From Chiloscyllium plagiosum (Eukaryota), in the NCBI RefSeq assembly GCF_004010195.1, contig NC_057719.1:41239129-41303128 (forward strand): DNA of 64,000 nt. Direction: 5' to 3'. The notes beneath the pieces are model-generated. The model had not been told where the DNA came from, did not search any database, and worked only from the letters and a program-made list of their open reading frames with translations. A program made the translations under genes and the position numbers. Each line of letters starts with the position of its first letter. Within the stretch, counting starts at the first letter, position 1. Of this stretch, positions 35,911 through 49,790 are shown piece by piece.

Positions 35911-38900
35911 AAAACAGCCCCTGTCTGTTCAGCCTCTCCAACCCTGGAAACATCCTTGTAAATCTTTTCTGAATCCTTTCAAGTTTCACAACATCTTTCC
36001 GATAGGAAGGAGACCAGAATTGATCGCAATATTCCAACAGTGGCCTAACCAATGTCCTGTACAGCTGCAAGATGACCTCCCAACTCCTGTACTTAATACT
36101 CTGGACCAATAAAGGAAAGCATACCAAACTCCTTCTTCAATATCCTGTCTACCTGCAACTCCACTTTCAAGGAGCTATGAACCTGCACTCCAAGGTCTCT
36201 TTGTTCAGCAACACTCCCTAGGACCCGACCATTAAGTGTATAAGTCCTGCTAAGATTTGCTTTCCCCAAATTCAGCACCTCGCATTTATCTGAATTAAAC
36301 TTCATCTGCCACTTCTCAGCCCATTGGCCCACCTGGTCCAGATCCTGTTGTAATCTGAGGTAAGCCTCTTCACTGTCCACTACACCTCCAATTTTGGTGT
36401 CATCTACAAACTTACTAACTGTACCTCTTATGCTCACATCAAATCATTTATATCAATGACAAAAAGAAGAGGACCCAGCACCGAACCTTGTGGCACTCCA
36501 CTGGTCACAGGCCTCCAGTCTGAAAAACAACCCTCCATCATCACCCTCTGTCTTCTACCTTTGAGTCAGTTCTCTATCCAAATGGCTAGTTCTCCCTGTA
36601 TTCCATGAGATCTAACCTTGCTAATCAGTTTCCCATGGGGAACCTTGTCGAATGCCTTACTGAAGTCCATATAGATCACATCGGCCCTCATCAATCCTCT
36701 TTGTTACTTCCTCAAAAAACTCAATCAAGTTTGTGAGATATGATTTCCCATGCACAAAACCATGTTGACTATCCCTAATCAGTCCTTGCCTTTACAAACA
36801 CATGTACATCCTGTCCCTCAGGATTCCCTCCAACAACTTGCCCACCACTGACGTCAGGCTCAATGGTCTATAGTTCCCTGGCTTGTCCTCACCACTGTTC
36901 TTAAACAGTGGCACCACGTTAGCCATCCTCCAGTCATCCGGCACCTCCCCTGTGACTATCGATGATACAAATATCTCAGCAAGAGGCCCAGCAATCACTT
37001 CTCTTGCTTCCCACAGAGTTCTCTGGTACACCTGATCACGTCCTGGGGATTTATCCACCTCTACCCGTTTCAAGACATCCAACACTTCCTCCTTTGTAAT
37101 ATGGACATTTTGCAAGATCTCACCATCTATTTCCCTACAGTCTATATCTTCTGTGTCCTTTTCCACAGTAAATACTGATGCAAAATAGTCATTTAGTATC
37201 TCCCTCATTTTCTGCAGCTCCACACAAAGGCTGCCTTGCTGACCTTTGAGGAGCCCTATTCTTTCCCTAGTTACCCTTTTGTCCTTAATGTATTTGTAAA
37301 AACCCTTTGGATTCTCCTTAATTCTATTTGCCAAAGCTATCTCCTGTCCCCTTTTTGCCCTCCTGATTTCCCTCTTAACTATACTCCTACTTCCTTTATA
37401 CTCTTCTAAGAATTCACTCGATCTATCCTGTCTACGCTTCCTTCTTTTTCTTAACCAAACCCTCAGTTTCTTTAGTCATCCAGCATTCCCTATACCTACC
37501 CGTCTTTCCTTTCACCCTAACAGGAATATATTTTTTCTGGTTTCTTGTTATCTTATTTCTGAAGGCTTCCCATTTTCCAGACGTCCCTTTATCTGCGAAT
37601 ATCTGCCCCCAATCAGCTTTTGAAATTTCTAGCCTAATACCGTCAAAATTGGCCTTTCTCCAATTTAGAACTTCAACTTTTAGATCTGATCTATCCTTTT
37701 CCATCACCATCTTAAAACAAATAGAATTATGGTCGCTGGCACCAAAGTGCTCCTCCACTGACACCTCAGTCACCTGCCCTGCCTTATTTCCCAAGAGTAG
37801 GTCAAGTTTTGCAAATAGGTAGGTACATCCACATACTGAATCAGAAAATGGTCTTGTATGCACTTAACAAATTCCTCTTCATCTCAACCCTTAACACGAT
37901 GGCAGTTCCAGTCTATGTTTGGAAAGTTAAAATCCCCCCCCATAACCACCCTATTATTCTGTCTCAGTTCTTTTTCCAGGAGTGGGGCTAACATTTGGTG
38001 AAATGCAACTGAAGGAATATATCTTTGCCACATCGATATTGAGTATAAAGAAGATCTGTAAGATTTTGATGCCAGTGCTGCTCAGGGCTGAGGTGGGAGA
38101 CTTTTTGATTAGAAAGCAAAATACTGAATGAATAAAATTATCAAAAATGTGAAGTAATAATATCATAAATTTTGTAAAGAGAGCTAATTCAAGCCTTAGA
38201 ATGGACAGATGAGTCTTATAAAATGACCTGTAGAAAATTTATGATTTTTGCTGTAGATTGACTACAGCCAAAAGCAGATATGCAGATTATATTAATTTAA
38301 GAAGCAAATCCTCGGGGGAATTTAATTGTTCAAAAATTCCAGGAGTGTCCATTGAACTGTCAAAAGGTGTGAACACTAGAAAGTTTCTGTCATATTGAAC
38401 AGGAGACATGAAGGACATCATATTTCCAGTTTAATCAACCATACTTTATGGAAAAGTGAGGAATTAAATTAACATTTGCAACCACTTTGTTTGAATTTGA
38501 TAAAACTTGTTGAAAACAGCCATTTTGAGAAAAATAATTTGAAAACATCATGAGAGAAGCACTTTGAAACAGCACTGCTTCTCAACAGCAAGACAGAGAT
38601 GGTGGCATTTAAACCCTCTCCAGAAAAGATTAGCCTGGAGTGCAGGATTACTGGTCCAGTGATATTTCCACTACATCACCACCTCACTTGCTTCAATAAT
38701 GTGAATGGGGTAATATCCAAAGTTATACAAAGTCTTGTTCAGGGACCATTGTCTAGAATGCAGTTGTGACTAAATGTCTAACTTCTTAACTTTGTTTTTA
38801 AAAATTCAGCCTGGATTTGATTGACTTAAATTGTGGCAGATTCCCTGAAAAACATATCCTCTAGCTCTATGACAAATTGGTGGCTGTGCTTATCTGAGAT

Positions 38901-39699
38901 ACTTGAAGCTCCTGTTCTGGAGAAGTTGCCAAGATCATAGGTCAACACTTTCACACTAATGCCAACAGTGAGAGACTAGGGGAAGTTTCATCACTACCTT
39001 ATCCAAGAAAGAATATCTCAAGACTAAAGTACCATTAAATCTATTTGGATTGTATCTTCTCTGCAGAGTAATGCAGTTTTCAGTGACCCTTAACCTGACA
39101 GCTGTAAAACAAATTCTGCTTTACAATGTTTTTATCTAAAATGATTATGAGGAACTGATTAATGATAAGGTTACAGAGATTATATTTTTGACAGTTGTGA
39201 AATATGGCCTGCTTAGGCTAAGTGCCGAACTGAACAGTGTCAGTCAATAAAATGGTTGGTCTCTATTAATTTAACTCTCACAAGAGTCACATTTTTCATG
39301 ATAGAAAGAAATTGCCTCCTTTGTACTATTCTGTTTTTGTACCTTTTGTGTCACCTATATTTATGTTACATTTTTGCACTTTCTTTTCATATTCTTTATT
39401 ATCTCTTTTTGATCTTTTTATTTGCCCATCTTTACCTCTCTTGGTCCATAAACATTGCTCAGATCTGACAAAAGAAGTGTGGATCACGATGTCTTATTAT
39501 TCCACAACTGTTGCTTCCAGCTAGGCACAACTTTGTGCTGTTTGCTTATTTAGTAGCATGGAGCCAGTGTTAAAAGTGCAATCGAGTGTCTTTAAACCAG
39601 CACATAGGGTGTAAAGCGGTGAGACACTAAACTCCAAATTAATGCAAATCTGCTCCTCCACTGGGTTCCACCAAAATGTAGTCTTCCGGTAAAACATAA

Positions 39700-39860
39700 C
39701 AAAGGAAAATTTGCATTTTTATTACATATTTCACATCTACCGGATATCCAAAAGCATTTCATGGCATATGAAATCCTTTTTGAGTGTAATAGTTGCCAAT
39801 TTGCACACAGCGAAATTCCATGAACAATAATGCAGTTATTATGTTATGATAAGTCAGATC
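39700..39860 (-). mobile_element. DeuSINE (SacSINE1-like) tail fragment
   Basis: ttgcattt..ggatatccaaaagcatttca..gccaatttgcacacagc; similar to 60540-60815 and 52822-52925. Confidence 0.55.
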
Positions 39861-40624
39861 TCAAGTAGCTGCTGCTGAGTTTCTTGTGAGGGGAAATGAA
39901 AGGCTCACAATAAGTCTGGTATTCTTTTGGAGGGCTAGTAAAAGCGTGACATTTGCTCCATTAAAAATATGAAGTTTTGGAAATACTCAGTACATCTGGC
40001 AGTATCCAAGCAGAGAGAAAGACAGAACAGTGACTCTTGGTCAAAACCAATGTAGACCATGGACCTGAAAAATTGACTCCATTTCTCTCTCCATAGATGC
40101 TGCCTGGCAATGTCTATTCTCATTTTTGATTTCCAACATCTGCAGTACTTTACTCTCCAATTGTGCACTCCATGCTGGGTTGGTTAGTTTAAATTTAAAA
40201 TGAGAAATGACAAAATATTCATTAATGTGTTATGTATTTTATCTGTTGTCAAAAACTGATACCAAAACCATATAGTACAGAACTTATTTAAACTTCCGAA
40301 CAGCATGTTAGTGTGCATACGTGACTGGAATTGTCTTGACAAATGACTACATGTGTGATCTGACATTGGAGGGAGTAAAAAGAAATGGGAGCCGCCTAAT
40401 TTCTATAAGGAGACGTTCAATAGAATGGACCAGTTATTCAGGAGGCTAGGAATGAATAGTGAGCTGATATTGTTTGATGGATCACATCGGAGGATGTAGG
40501 AAATGTAAGTATGTTACTGATTAGAGTTAGAGACTTGGCAGGGGTTTGGAGGGTGTAGTATAACATGCTAATATTAATCAGTACATAAAATATTAATCAG
40601 TATATAAATTAGCCCACATCATTA

Positions 40625-40800
40625 GGGGGGTTGGTTAGCTCAGTTGGTTGGATAGCACATTAACAATGCAGTGGTGCCAACAGCATGGGTTTATTTCCCA
40701 TGCCAGCTGAGGTTACCATGAGACACTTTTCTTCTCAACATCTCCCATTGCTTGAGTGATGGTGACTCTCAGATTACAATCTCTCTCCAATCTGAGGGAT
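40625..40800 (+). mobile_element. tRNA-derived SINE (third family)
   Basis: A-box-like ggttagctcagttgg; second copy at 52305-52530. Confidence 0.6.
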
Positions 40801-43800
40801 GGTACTGTGTAGAATCCTTGTGTAAAGCCTGGTCCTGTACATAGTTGGAAGACAATGGTCAATGAAGGTATTGATTACCAATGATCAGACTTCTAAGTTA
40901 ATGCAAGCCAGATCCTTAATATGAGTGGACTACAATCACAGACAGTGATAGCAAAGCCTCAGCTGGCAATAAGAGGCCAGGAAACATTTTAAGGTGTGGT
41001 GAGTATGAGCCTTGAGGCTATATTAATATCAACAATGTAAAAGCACTATTTTAAAAGTGGCCATCTACTGAGCCAATGTTCCCACTTGAATAAGATTGAT
41101 AGATTGATTAATTGCAGAAGTCAGGGTGCTATGAAATAAATATGATGATGATGGTGATCCGAGGCAGATATGATTTTGGTGCTTGTATAATGATGGTGTC
41201 CATTGGTTCCATGAAGGTTAAATGGGTGGTTGATCAGCACATTCCACTGCATAACACCATCTCACAGCCCAATGGAACTGACAAAAAAAAGGACACATAT
41301 TAATTAATACATTGAGGTAAAAATCAGTGTAGCTTTGGGAGAAAACAGCCTTCTTATTCATTTGGTTTCCTCCCAGGTTTGGTTCCTCTAATACAATGAG
41401 TAGCCACGCATTTTAATTAGGACACCTCACGTCTTAAGTGTTCATTTGAATACTGTCAGTAGCCTGAACAATACACCCGCTGAATTGCTACAAAACATCC
41501 GGTAAATTGCTGGCCTGCCTTTCCTCCCTCTATTGTTTCAGCACCTTTAAAAATAGACCCATACATGGACAAATTATTACTCATGAAAATGCTACAGTGG
41601 GGAAGTGAAGGGGGAAGGGATGTGGGGGCATCGATTCAGGCTTGACCTATTCCAATAAATGGAGCTTCAAAGGAAGGGGATTGGTTGTCAATGTCTAAGT
41701 ACTCATCACTATATATTCTTTTATAAATGCGGAACATATTCCAGCAGTTTCAATCAGCTTGTTTTCTGCCTGCATGAAGAAAAACAAACGACAAAGTGCA
41801 AGTTGAATGCATGCTTTTCCCCAAGAGTAGTTTCAGGATTAGTTGAAAGAATCGGCTAGACAAAATAGTAATAGGACACTGACAAATCGTACCGAGATGA
41901 TGTGTATCTATCAGGTTGAAAGCAAGGTCAGTTACAAAATGAGCTATACTTACTGGAAGGAGAAAGAAAAATCAGCTAATGCGGGTTGTCACTCTTGGAA
42001 AGAAAGCTCTTGTCAATTGACGGCGTCAGTATTCATTTAATTGGTTGAGGAAATCACACGTAAGCAGCTATTAGCGTGTGTCTGTTTGTAGAAAACTAGC
42101 TGTCAGGTTACCGCTAATAAGTTTACATCAAAAACGTGTCCAGATTGATACAACTGTTGAAACAGAGCTGTTTGTTATTGTTCTGCATCTTGTTCACATG
42201 ACAGAATTGTATATTTTTGACATATTATCTGCACTCTGCCACTGGGCAAATCCCCAACAAAAGGTTTCTGAAGAGTAGAATAATTTAATGTCTGGGAAGA
42301 GTGGGGAGGTCCCTTATCTGATCTGGCGGGATTCCCAGTGCATTAGTAGAACTGCTGTACTGCTGACATTAGTAGGTGGTCTTGCTCTCATCTAAAGAAT
42401 GTTGTTCCTTCTGTCGTGCAGAAACAAGATGCATATGCTATTTTCTTAGCATACCTACTGCAGCTAGACCTCACTGGCTAGGTCAGCAGCACAGCTCTGT
42501 GTGTACAATTAATCAGACGGAAAAACATCTTTGGGGAGGAGTGCTGGCATGGGGGCGAGGGTCCAGTGGACTCATCAAACTGGTAAGCTGTCATTTGCTG
42601 AAATCAGTGGGAAAACAGCATGTGAAAAATAAGCAGTTCAATTTGAACCTGTTTCATACTGCTGACATAGACCTCCCAGGCCCCCAAAAAACACAATTTG
42701 CAAAGACAAAGCTGGAATTTTTATCCAGAACAGGTATATGTTATTGAGTGGATTTTGTCAGACCCAACATCGCTCTCACGAGTTTTCACACAGTACATTA
42801 ATATAATCCCACTATGTTTGAGCTTTCTACCCCTATGGGTGGTATACTCACTCACTATTTTCAGGTAGGTATTCACTGTGTACTTGAGGGTCAACCACCA
42901 GCGCACAGCCTGGTTAAGTTGATCACTGTCTGTGAAGTGAAGATACATTATTGGGTTAAGACTCATTTTTTCAGACTTTAATCCAGTCTCTCTCTCTCTG
43001 TCTCCAGGTACCATACCCCAAGAGGGCATTAAAAACAATGGGCTTTCATTTGATTTGTTGTTGATTATGTTTGTCAAAGTACTGTACTGGTTCCACTTCC
43101 ATTCACAAAATGGCTGACCAGGAAACTCTCCAGTTTTTACCAGCCACCATCAAGCAGATTAGAGGGGTTTACGGACTGATAATCCATGTTTTTGGCCATG
43201 TTGTGAACACACCTTCCATGGTTAACAAGTGCTGGATGAGATCTGGTATAGACACTCCTGACCCAGAGATAGACGCATTATCACTACACCACAAGCTTTG
43301 AATCTCATCAACATGTTATATTGAAATTCACACCTTGTTTGGGTGTGTTTTATACTGTATTACAATATAGTTGTTAAATAATACTAAAGATGGCTGTTCT
43401 TTATTTCTCCTACTCACCGAATTTCCTAAACACACTTTATTTTAATTTAAATATTTTAGATAACCAATGTGGTGACTATACAGAACTTACAAAACTATAA
43501 TAACTTTATATTGAAACTTTAATAACCCTTGTACTGCCAACAGATGCTAGGCAACCTCAACCATGTCAACTTACACACTAAACCTACGTCCTAATGTGAG
43601 GATGGGCTGCTTTGTGTGTTAAGGATAGGCTCAGCATACCGCAGCATTGATGTCTGAGGAAGCCTACTTCTATTTAGCTTGATCAGTCACTTCAATATCT
43701 TGAGTAACAACCCTTTTATTAGTATGAGGTGTTCATCTCCAGGAGGGAGTCCAATCTCACAGACATATCAATTAATCGGAAGCTAATATCTCCATAACAG

Positions 43801-44239
43801 ACTGTAGCAGCAGCAGGAACTAAAACCATTCCTGAAGCTGCAGGTGGGTCAGGTCAGTGACATTCACTGATTGACCTGAATATCCTCATACACTTGCAAT
43901 TCCTCTGGGGTCAGACTGACAGGCCCTGACAGAGTGGGGGAGAGCAGACATGAGGATTCAACACTGTGGGAAGGGGGCCTCCAAATGGCACTGGGAGCCT
44001 TGAAAGAAGCAATCCCCCTCCCTTCCTCAATAATTAGTGAAGGTGGTGGCATAGTGCCAATGCCATTAGGTTTGAAATCCAGAACCTTAGCCTAATGATC
44101 TGAAAATGTAGGTTCAAATCTCATCATGGCAGATAGTGAAATCTCAATCAAATAAAGGTCTGGAATAAAAATAAAACCTGGTCACTATGTGACCACTGTA
44201 GATTGTATCCTGTAATATGTTGTGAAACTTGAAAGGCTT

Positions 44240-44795
44240 AAAAAGATTTACAAGGATGTTGTCGAGGTTGGAGGATTTGAGCTACAGGGGGAGGCTGAAT
44301 AGACTGAGGCTGTTTTCCCTGGAGCGACAGAGGCTGAGGGGTGACCTTATAGAGGCTTATAAAGTCATGAGGGGCATGGATAGGATAAATAGGCAAAGTC
44401 TTTTCCCTGGGGTAGGGGAGTGCAGAACTAGAGGGCATAGGTTTTTTTTCATGCAGACGATGGTGTGTGTACAGAATGAGCTGCCAGAGGAAGTGGTGGA
44501 GGCATCTGGATGGATGTATGAATAGGAAGAGATTAGAGAGATTTGAGCTAAGAGCTGGCAAATGGGACAAGATTAGCTTAGGATATCTGGTTGGCATGGA
44601 CGAGTTGGACCAAAGGGTCAATTGCAGCATTTAAAAGGCATCTGGATGGATGTATGAATAGGAACAGATTAGAGAGATTTGAGCTAAGAGCTGGCAAATG
44701 GGACAAGATTAGCTTAGGATATCTGGTTGGCATGGACGAGTTGGACCAAAGGGTCTGTTTCCATGCTGTATATCTCTATGACTCTGTAACACTAT
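44240..44795 (+). mobile_element. CR1 3' end with tandemly duplicated terminal ~120 bp
   Basis: 44501-44618 is repeated at 44637-44754. Confidence 0.9.
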
Positions 44796-44799
44796 ATGG

Positions 44800-47645
44800 G
44801 AAATCAGGGACACTCCTAGTGTCTGTGGTGAGCAGGTATGCAGGAAGTGAATTCAGCTGCAGCTCCTGATTTGCCACAGGCAGCAGTGGATGGACTCAGT
44901 ATGGAGCATCCATCATGCTGAAGACAACATGTTTAGTGAGATGGTCACTCCACAACTATCAACAACACAGACAGAAAAGTATTGGGTGACCATCAAGAAA
45001 ATGCGTAAATGTGGGCAGGCAATGCAGGAGTCCCCTGTGGCCATTCTCCTCTCAAACAATATACTGTGTTGGGGGCGAATAGCCTCTCAGGGGTAAGTAT
45101 CAGCAGCCACATTTGCGGCCCCATAGTTAGCTTTGCTGCACAGCAGGGGAGAAGTAAGACTGGGAGAGCTTTAGTGATCAGGGACTTGATTGTAAGGGGA
45201 ACTGACAGGTGGTTCTGTGGCAGACTCTCAAACGGAGTGTTGTCTTACTGGTGCCAGGTCAGGGATGTTTCAAAGTGGCTGCAGAGTGTTCTGAAGGGGG
45301 AGGAAAAAAAAAGAGATCCTGCAGCAGGAATCTAGAGTCAAATCATAGAATCATAACAGACCCTTTGGTCCAACCAGTCCATGCCAAACATAACCCAAAC
45401 TAAACTAATCCAACCTGCCTTCAATCCTTTCCAATTCATGTACTTAACCAAATGTCTTCTAAGCCTTGTAATTGTAGCCAGACCCTCCACTTCCTCAGGA
45501 AGTTCATTTCACACGCGAACCATCTGCTGTGTGAAAATTGCCCCTTATATATTTTTTTAAATCCCTCTCCTCTTACCTTAAAAAGTGATGGATTAATGAT
45601 GAAGACTATCAACATTGTAATCCATGGATAACTTCCAGTGCCACATGCTACTGAGTATAGGAAAAGGAAGATAGATCAGATGAACATATGGCTGAAGGAG
45701 GGAAGGCTTTACATTGGGGCAGTATCTGCAATCACCGACCTGACAGTACCTGCAGCTTCAGTAATAGTTTGTGCTCCTGTTGCTACAGCCATTTGTGGGA
45801 CTTGTACAAGCTGGACAGATTGCACCTTTGCTCATGCTGTTGGGGAGGTTTTTAATTGTATTGGCGGGGGATAGGGCACAGAGCAAATGTGAAGTCAGGA
45901 CCAAAGTCCAATCAGAGGTAGAAGGAATGCCAAGATAGTCCAGTAGGCAGAAAATACAGGGCATGATAAGGCACTTGGGAGATCTGGAAAGCCAAAGTGC
46001 ATCCTTTTTTAATGCAAGGAACTTGACTGGTAAGGCAGATGAACTTAGAGCATTGATCAGCATGTTGGAATATGATATTGTTGCAATTGCTGAGACATGT
46101 TGAAGCAAGGAGAGGACTGGCAGCTCAACATTCCAGGGTATAGAGTTTCAGTTGGGAATGGGGGCAGGGTAGGCATAAGAGATGGGGGCTTCCCTTTATT
46201 GATAAAAGAAACCATTACTGCAGTAAGGCGGGAGAAAATTGCAGCAGTGTCTTCAAATGAGGCTGTCCAGGTAGAGTTTAGAAATTAAAAAGGATTATAC
46301 TGCAGGTCTCTCAACAGTCACAGGGAGATAGAAGATAAGTAGGCAAATCAAGGAAAGGTGTGAGAGAAATGGAGTTATAATTGTAGGGGACTTTAACTTT
46401 CCTAGTATTAACTGGAAACACCTTCGTACGGAAGGATCAGACGGGGTGAAATTTTTGAAGTGCATCCAGAAGAGAGTTTTGTGCCAGTGTGTAGATAGTC
46501 CGACTAGAGATGGGCAATCCCAGGAAACAAGTGATTGAAGGGTCGACGGGTGAGCATTTTGGGGATAGTGGCCATAACTTGGTAAATTTCAAAGTCAATG
46601 TGGAAAAGGGTAAGTATACTGCGGAAGTAAAGTATCTGAATTGGGGGAAGGCTGATTTTAATATCATTAGTAAGGACGTAGTTAACATTGACCAGGAGCT
46701 TACTTGCGGGTAAGTCTACATTTGGAATGTGGGAGACTTAAAGGTGATATAGTGAGAATTCAGGGGCAGCATGTTTCTGTAAGAGTGAGTGGCAAGAGCA
46801 GCAAGTCCAAAGATATCAAAGGATATCGAGAGATTGGTAAAGAAAGAAAAGAAAGCACATGCTAAGTACAATATTAAAAACAGAGGAGGCCCTTCAAAAG
46901 AATAGAGAATGTCAAAGGTTGCTTAAAAAGGAAATTAGGAGGGCATAGAGGGGCCACAAAATATCTCTGGCAGATCAAGAAAAGTCCCAAAGCTTTTTGT
47001 AAGTATATGATGAGTAAGAGGATTACCAGGGAAAGAGGGAATCTATAAGAAACCAAAAGAGCAACCTGTGCATTGAGCCATGGATGTGGAGGAGGTCTTA
47101 AGTGAATAATTCTCATTTGTATTCAGTGGAGAAAGACATTGTAGCCAGAGATTTCAGTTGGGATACTGAGGTTCTAGAACATGTTTAAGATTAATAAGAA
47201 GGAGGTTTTAGATGTCTTAATGGGCATACAGATGCATAAATCTGCAAGGCTGGTAAGATGTTTCTCAGGCTGCTATGGGATGCATGGGAAGAAATTGCTA
47301 GAGACTGGGTGGAGGTATTTAATATCTTGCTGGCCATAAATGAAGTGCCAGATGACTGGAGGATAGCTAATATGGTTCCTTTGTTCAAGAATGGCAGCAG
47401 GGAATTACAGACCAGTTAGCCTCACATCTGTGGTGGGGAAATTATGAAAAAGTTCTGTAGGACAGGATTAATCAATACTTGGAAAGACAGGAAATAATCA
47501 GGGATAGTCAGCATTGACTTTTCAGAGAGAAATGCTGTCTGACTAGTTTAATTGAGCTTTTTGAAAAGGTGACTAAATATATTGATGAGGCGAGTGCAGT
47601 TGATGTGGTTTATATGGACATCTGCAAGGCCGTTAACAAGGTGCC
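44800..47645 (+). mobile_element. Older CR1 with ORF1 (SGNH-esterase-like) plus EN/RT, interrupted by an inverted CR1 3' end (45335-45585)
   Basis: RALVIRDLIVRGTDRWFCGR; YDIVAIAET; WQLNIPGYR; GDFNFP; DWRIANMVPLFK. Confidence 0.85.
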
Positions 47646-49409
47646 CCTGGCACTGTGAGGCAGCAGTGCTAACCACTGAGCCACCGTGCCACCCCAAATT
47701 GCATGCGCATTCAAGTATACAATTTGCCCCTTTACAGCGAGTTACACTTTGGTTTTTGTGACTGCTTAATTCCATTTTCATTGCTCCAAAACCAATGCAA
47801 AATCAATGTAGGGTAGCCCATATACCTGAAAACTTCGGTACAGCCTTTAAAGGCTGGCTCATCCTAAAATTCAGCATCAGATTAGATTACACAAGTATGA
47901 GAGAAACCTAGCACTTCCATTTCACCCTCTACCAACATGCCTTGAAATCCTTTAAATCCAGATTATTGAACACTAAAGCCACATCTCAACTGAGGGCAGG
48001 AGGCTAAAGCCCCATCTCAAAGGATGTTTGTGAAGATTGAAAGCAGGAGAGGTTAGCTCTTGGGTGTGGGGACATTAGCCTGACAGGAATGTAACCCACT
48101 GAGAGGGGTTTGGCACTAACTCAGTGTGGCAACTCTCATAATACCAGGTACTGCAGATCAAACTTCAACAAATTTATCAATTTCACTGAAGCAGGTAAAT
48201 TAAGGGGGCACTAATTCCTTTTGGTTTTTTTTAAACCTATACCCCTGCTGCCAACACAATTGAAAGCATTATTTGCACCTAACACTTCAGAGTGCATCTG
48301 GCTAAGGTTGGCTCCAATTCTGACAATAAAGATGCCCTATCACCAGTTACTTGCATGTACAACTCAAAGACCTCCTTGCCATATTTTAACAAGTTGATAG
48401 ATTCATGTCTCTTACTTCAGCCCTCTTATGCCACTTGGTACACATTCTTCAACTTGTAGCATTCCCTCATGTACTCTATTTTCCTGTAAAGCAGATTGAT
48501 ATAGGTTAGTTTTCTGGGTCTGATAACTGTCATTAAACCAGCCATATTGCAGAACACTGGGGCCATAGATTCTTGATTCACTGAAAAACAATGGCTGGAG
48601 CCTACTTGTCTTATACTGCTGTCTTTAAAATGATTTGCACATTCCAATCATCAACCTCAAAACAACACACAAATGGACCATAGGAGGCAATTTCAGACTG
48701 AGCAGAAGCCCCATCATATGAGAGCAGCACCAGACCAAAGACCACTTTATTCTCAATGAGAAGTCAGTTGGCACCTGTCATGAGCTGAGGTGAAACTTAG
48801 AAGGAAGCCTGTAACATATGATATAAGGATGCAGATAGGCACTCAGGGTAAATATATTTTTAGGAAGGAATAATGTGATTCCTTGCAATTTGTAATTATT
48901 ATGCTAATATCGGCGATACTTTGACTTCTAAGGACATGTCATAGCATATGTCTTCCAAAATGGCAACGTTTTGAAGGATGCATTAGGTGAACATCATTCT
49001 GGACACCCACCAAGGAACAAGAGTGCCTTCTCATTCATCCAGGTTAAAACAAAAACACACTCTGAAAGCTAGCTGTGTCTCATTCTGAACTTCACTGTTG
49101 TAACTCAAATATTCTCAACAGGGTCTTTCGCATTGGCAATGTCTATTCACAAAGGCTATCCACTTTCTCTCTGACTTGGCCATGGTGGATCAAATGATGA
49201 AGGATATCCAAAAATGATGTGCTTCCACCAAATGAGTAAATTCATAGCCATCTAAAGGACTATGGGCACACTTAGATGAGTAAATTCATTGATAGAATTT
49301 CTGAGTCCATTGTGGCTTTGACAAAACTGGCCAATCCATTGGAAAGTTATCTGCAAAACCTTTTCCAATAATATGTGGGAAGTAATACATGGCTCCAGGT
49401 CAAACAATG

Positions 49410-49790
49410 TCATGGTTTTAAAATTTTCATTCTTCTTTTAAATCCCTCCATGACCACATCCCTCCCTATCTCTGTAATCTGCTCCAGTCCCACACCTTCC
49501 AAGCTATCTGCACTTCTCTAACTTCACTGTGCCTCCCTGAATTTAATCACCTCACCACCTGGGGTCATGTAGGCCCCCAAGCACCAGAATATCCTCTCCA
49601 CACTGTTCTCTCTCTCTACATCTTCCTCCCCCTCGGACATCACTGAAAACCTAGCTCTTTGATCTATGTTTGGTCACCTGACGTAAAATCTCCCATTAGG
49701 CTTGATGTAAATGTTGATGTATAAATGCTCCTGTAAAATGTTTTAGGGCATTCTATTATGTTTTGGGTGCATATGAATAAAAGTTAGTGT
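49410..49790 (+). mobile_element. L2-like LINE 3' end
   Basis: FKIFILLL..PPYLCNLLQ-type C-terminus and an L2-like tail. Confidence 0.55.

Larger units (their letters stand above)
34455..37955 (-). mobile_element. Young CR1 LINE ORF2 (endonuclease C-terminus plus RT) carrying a PLE insertion
   Basis: LDLLLGN..HFGASDHN, NYRPLSLTS, KFVDDTK, EYCDQFWSP; (ATAGAGTC)n tail. Confidence 0.97.
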
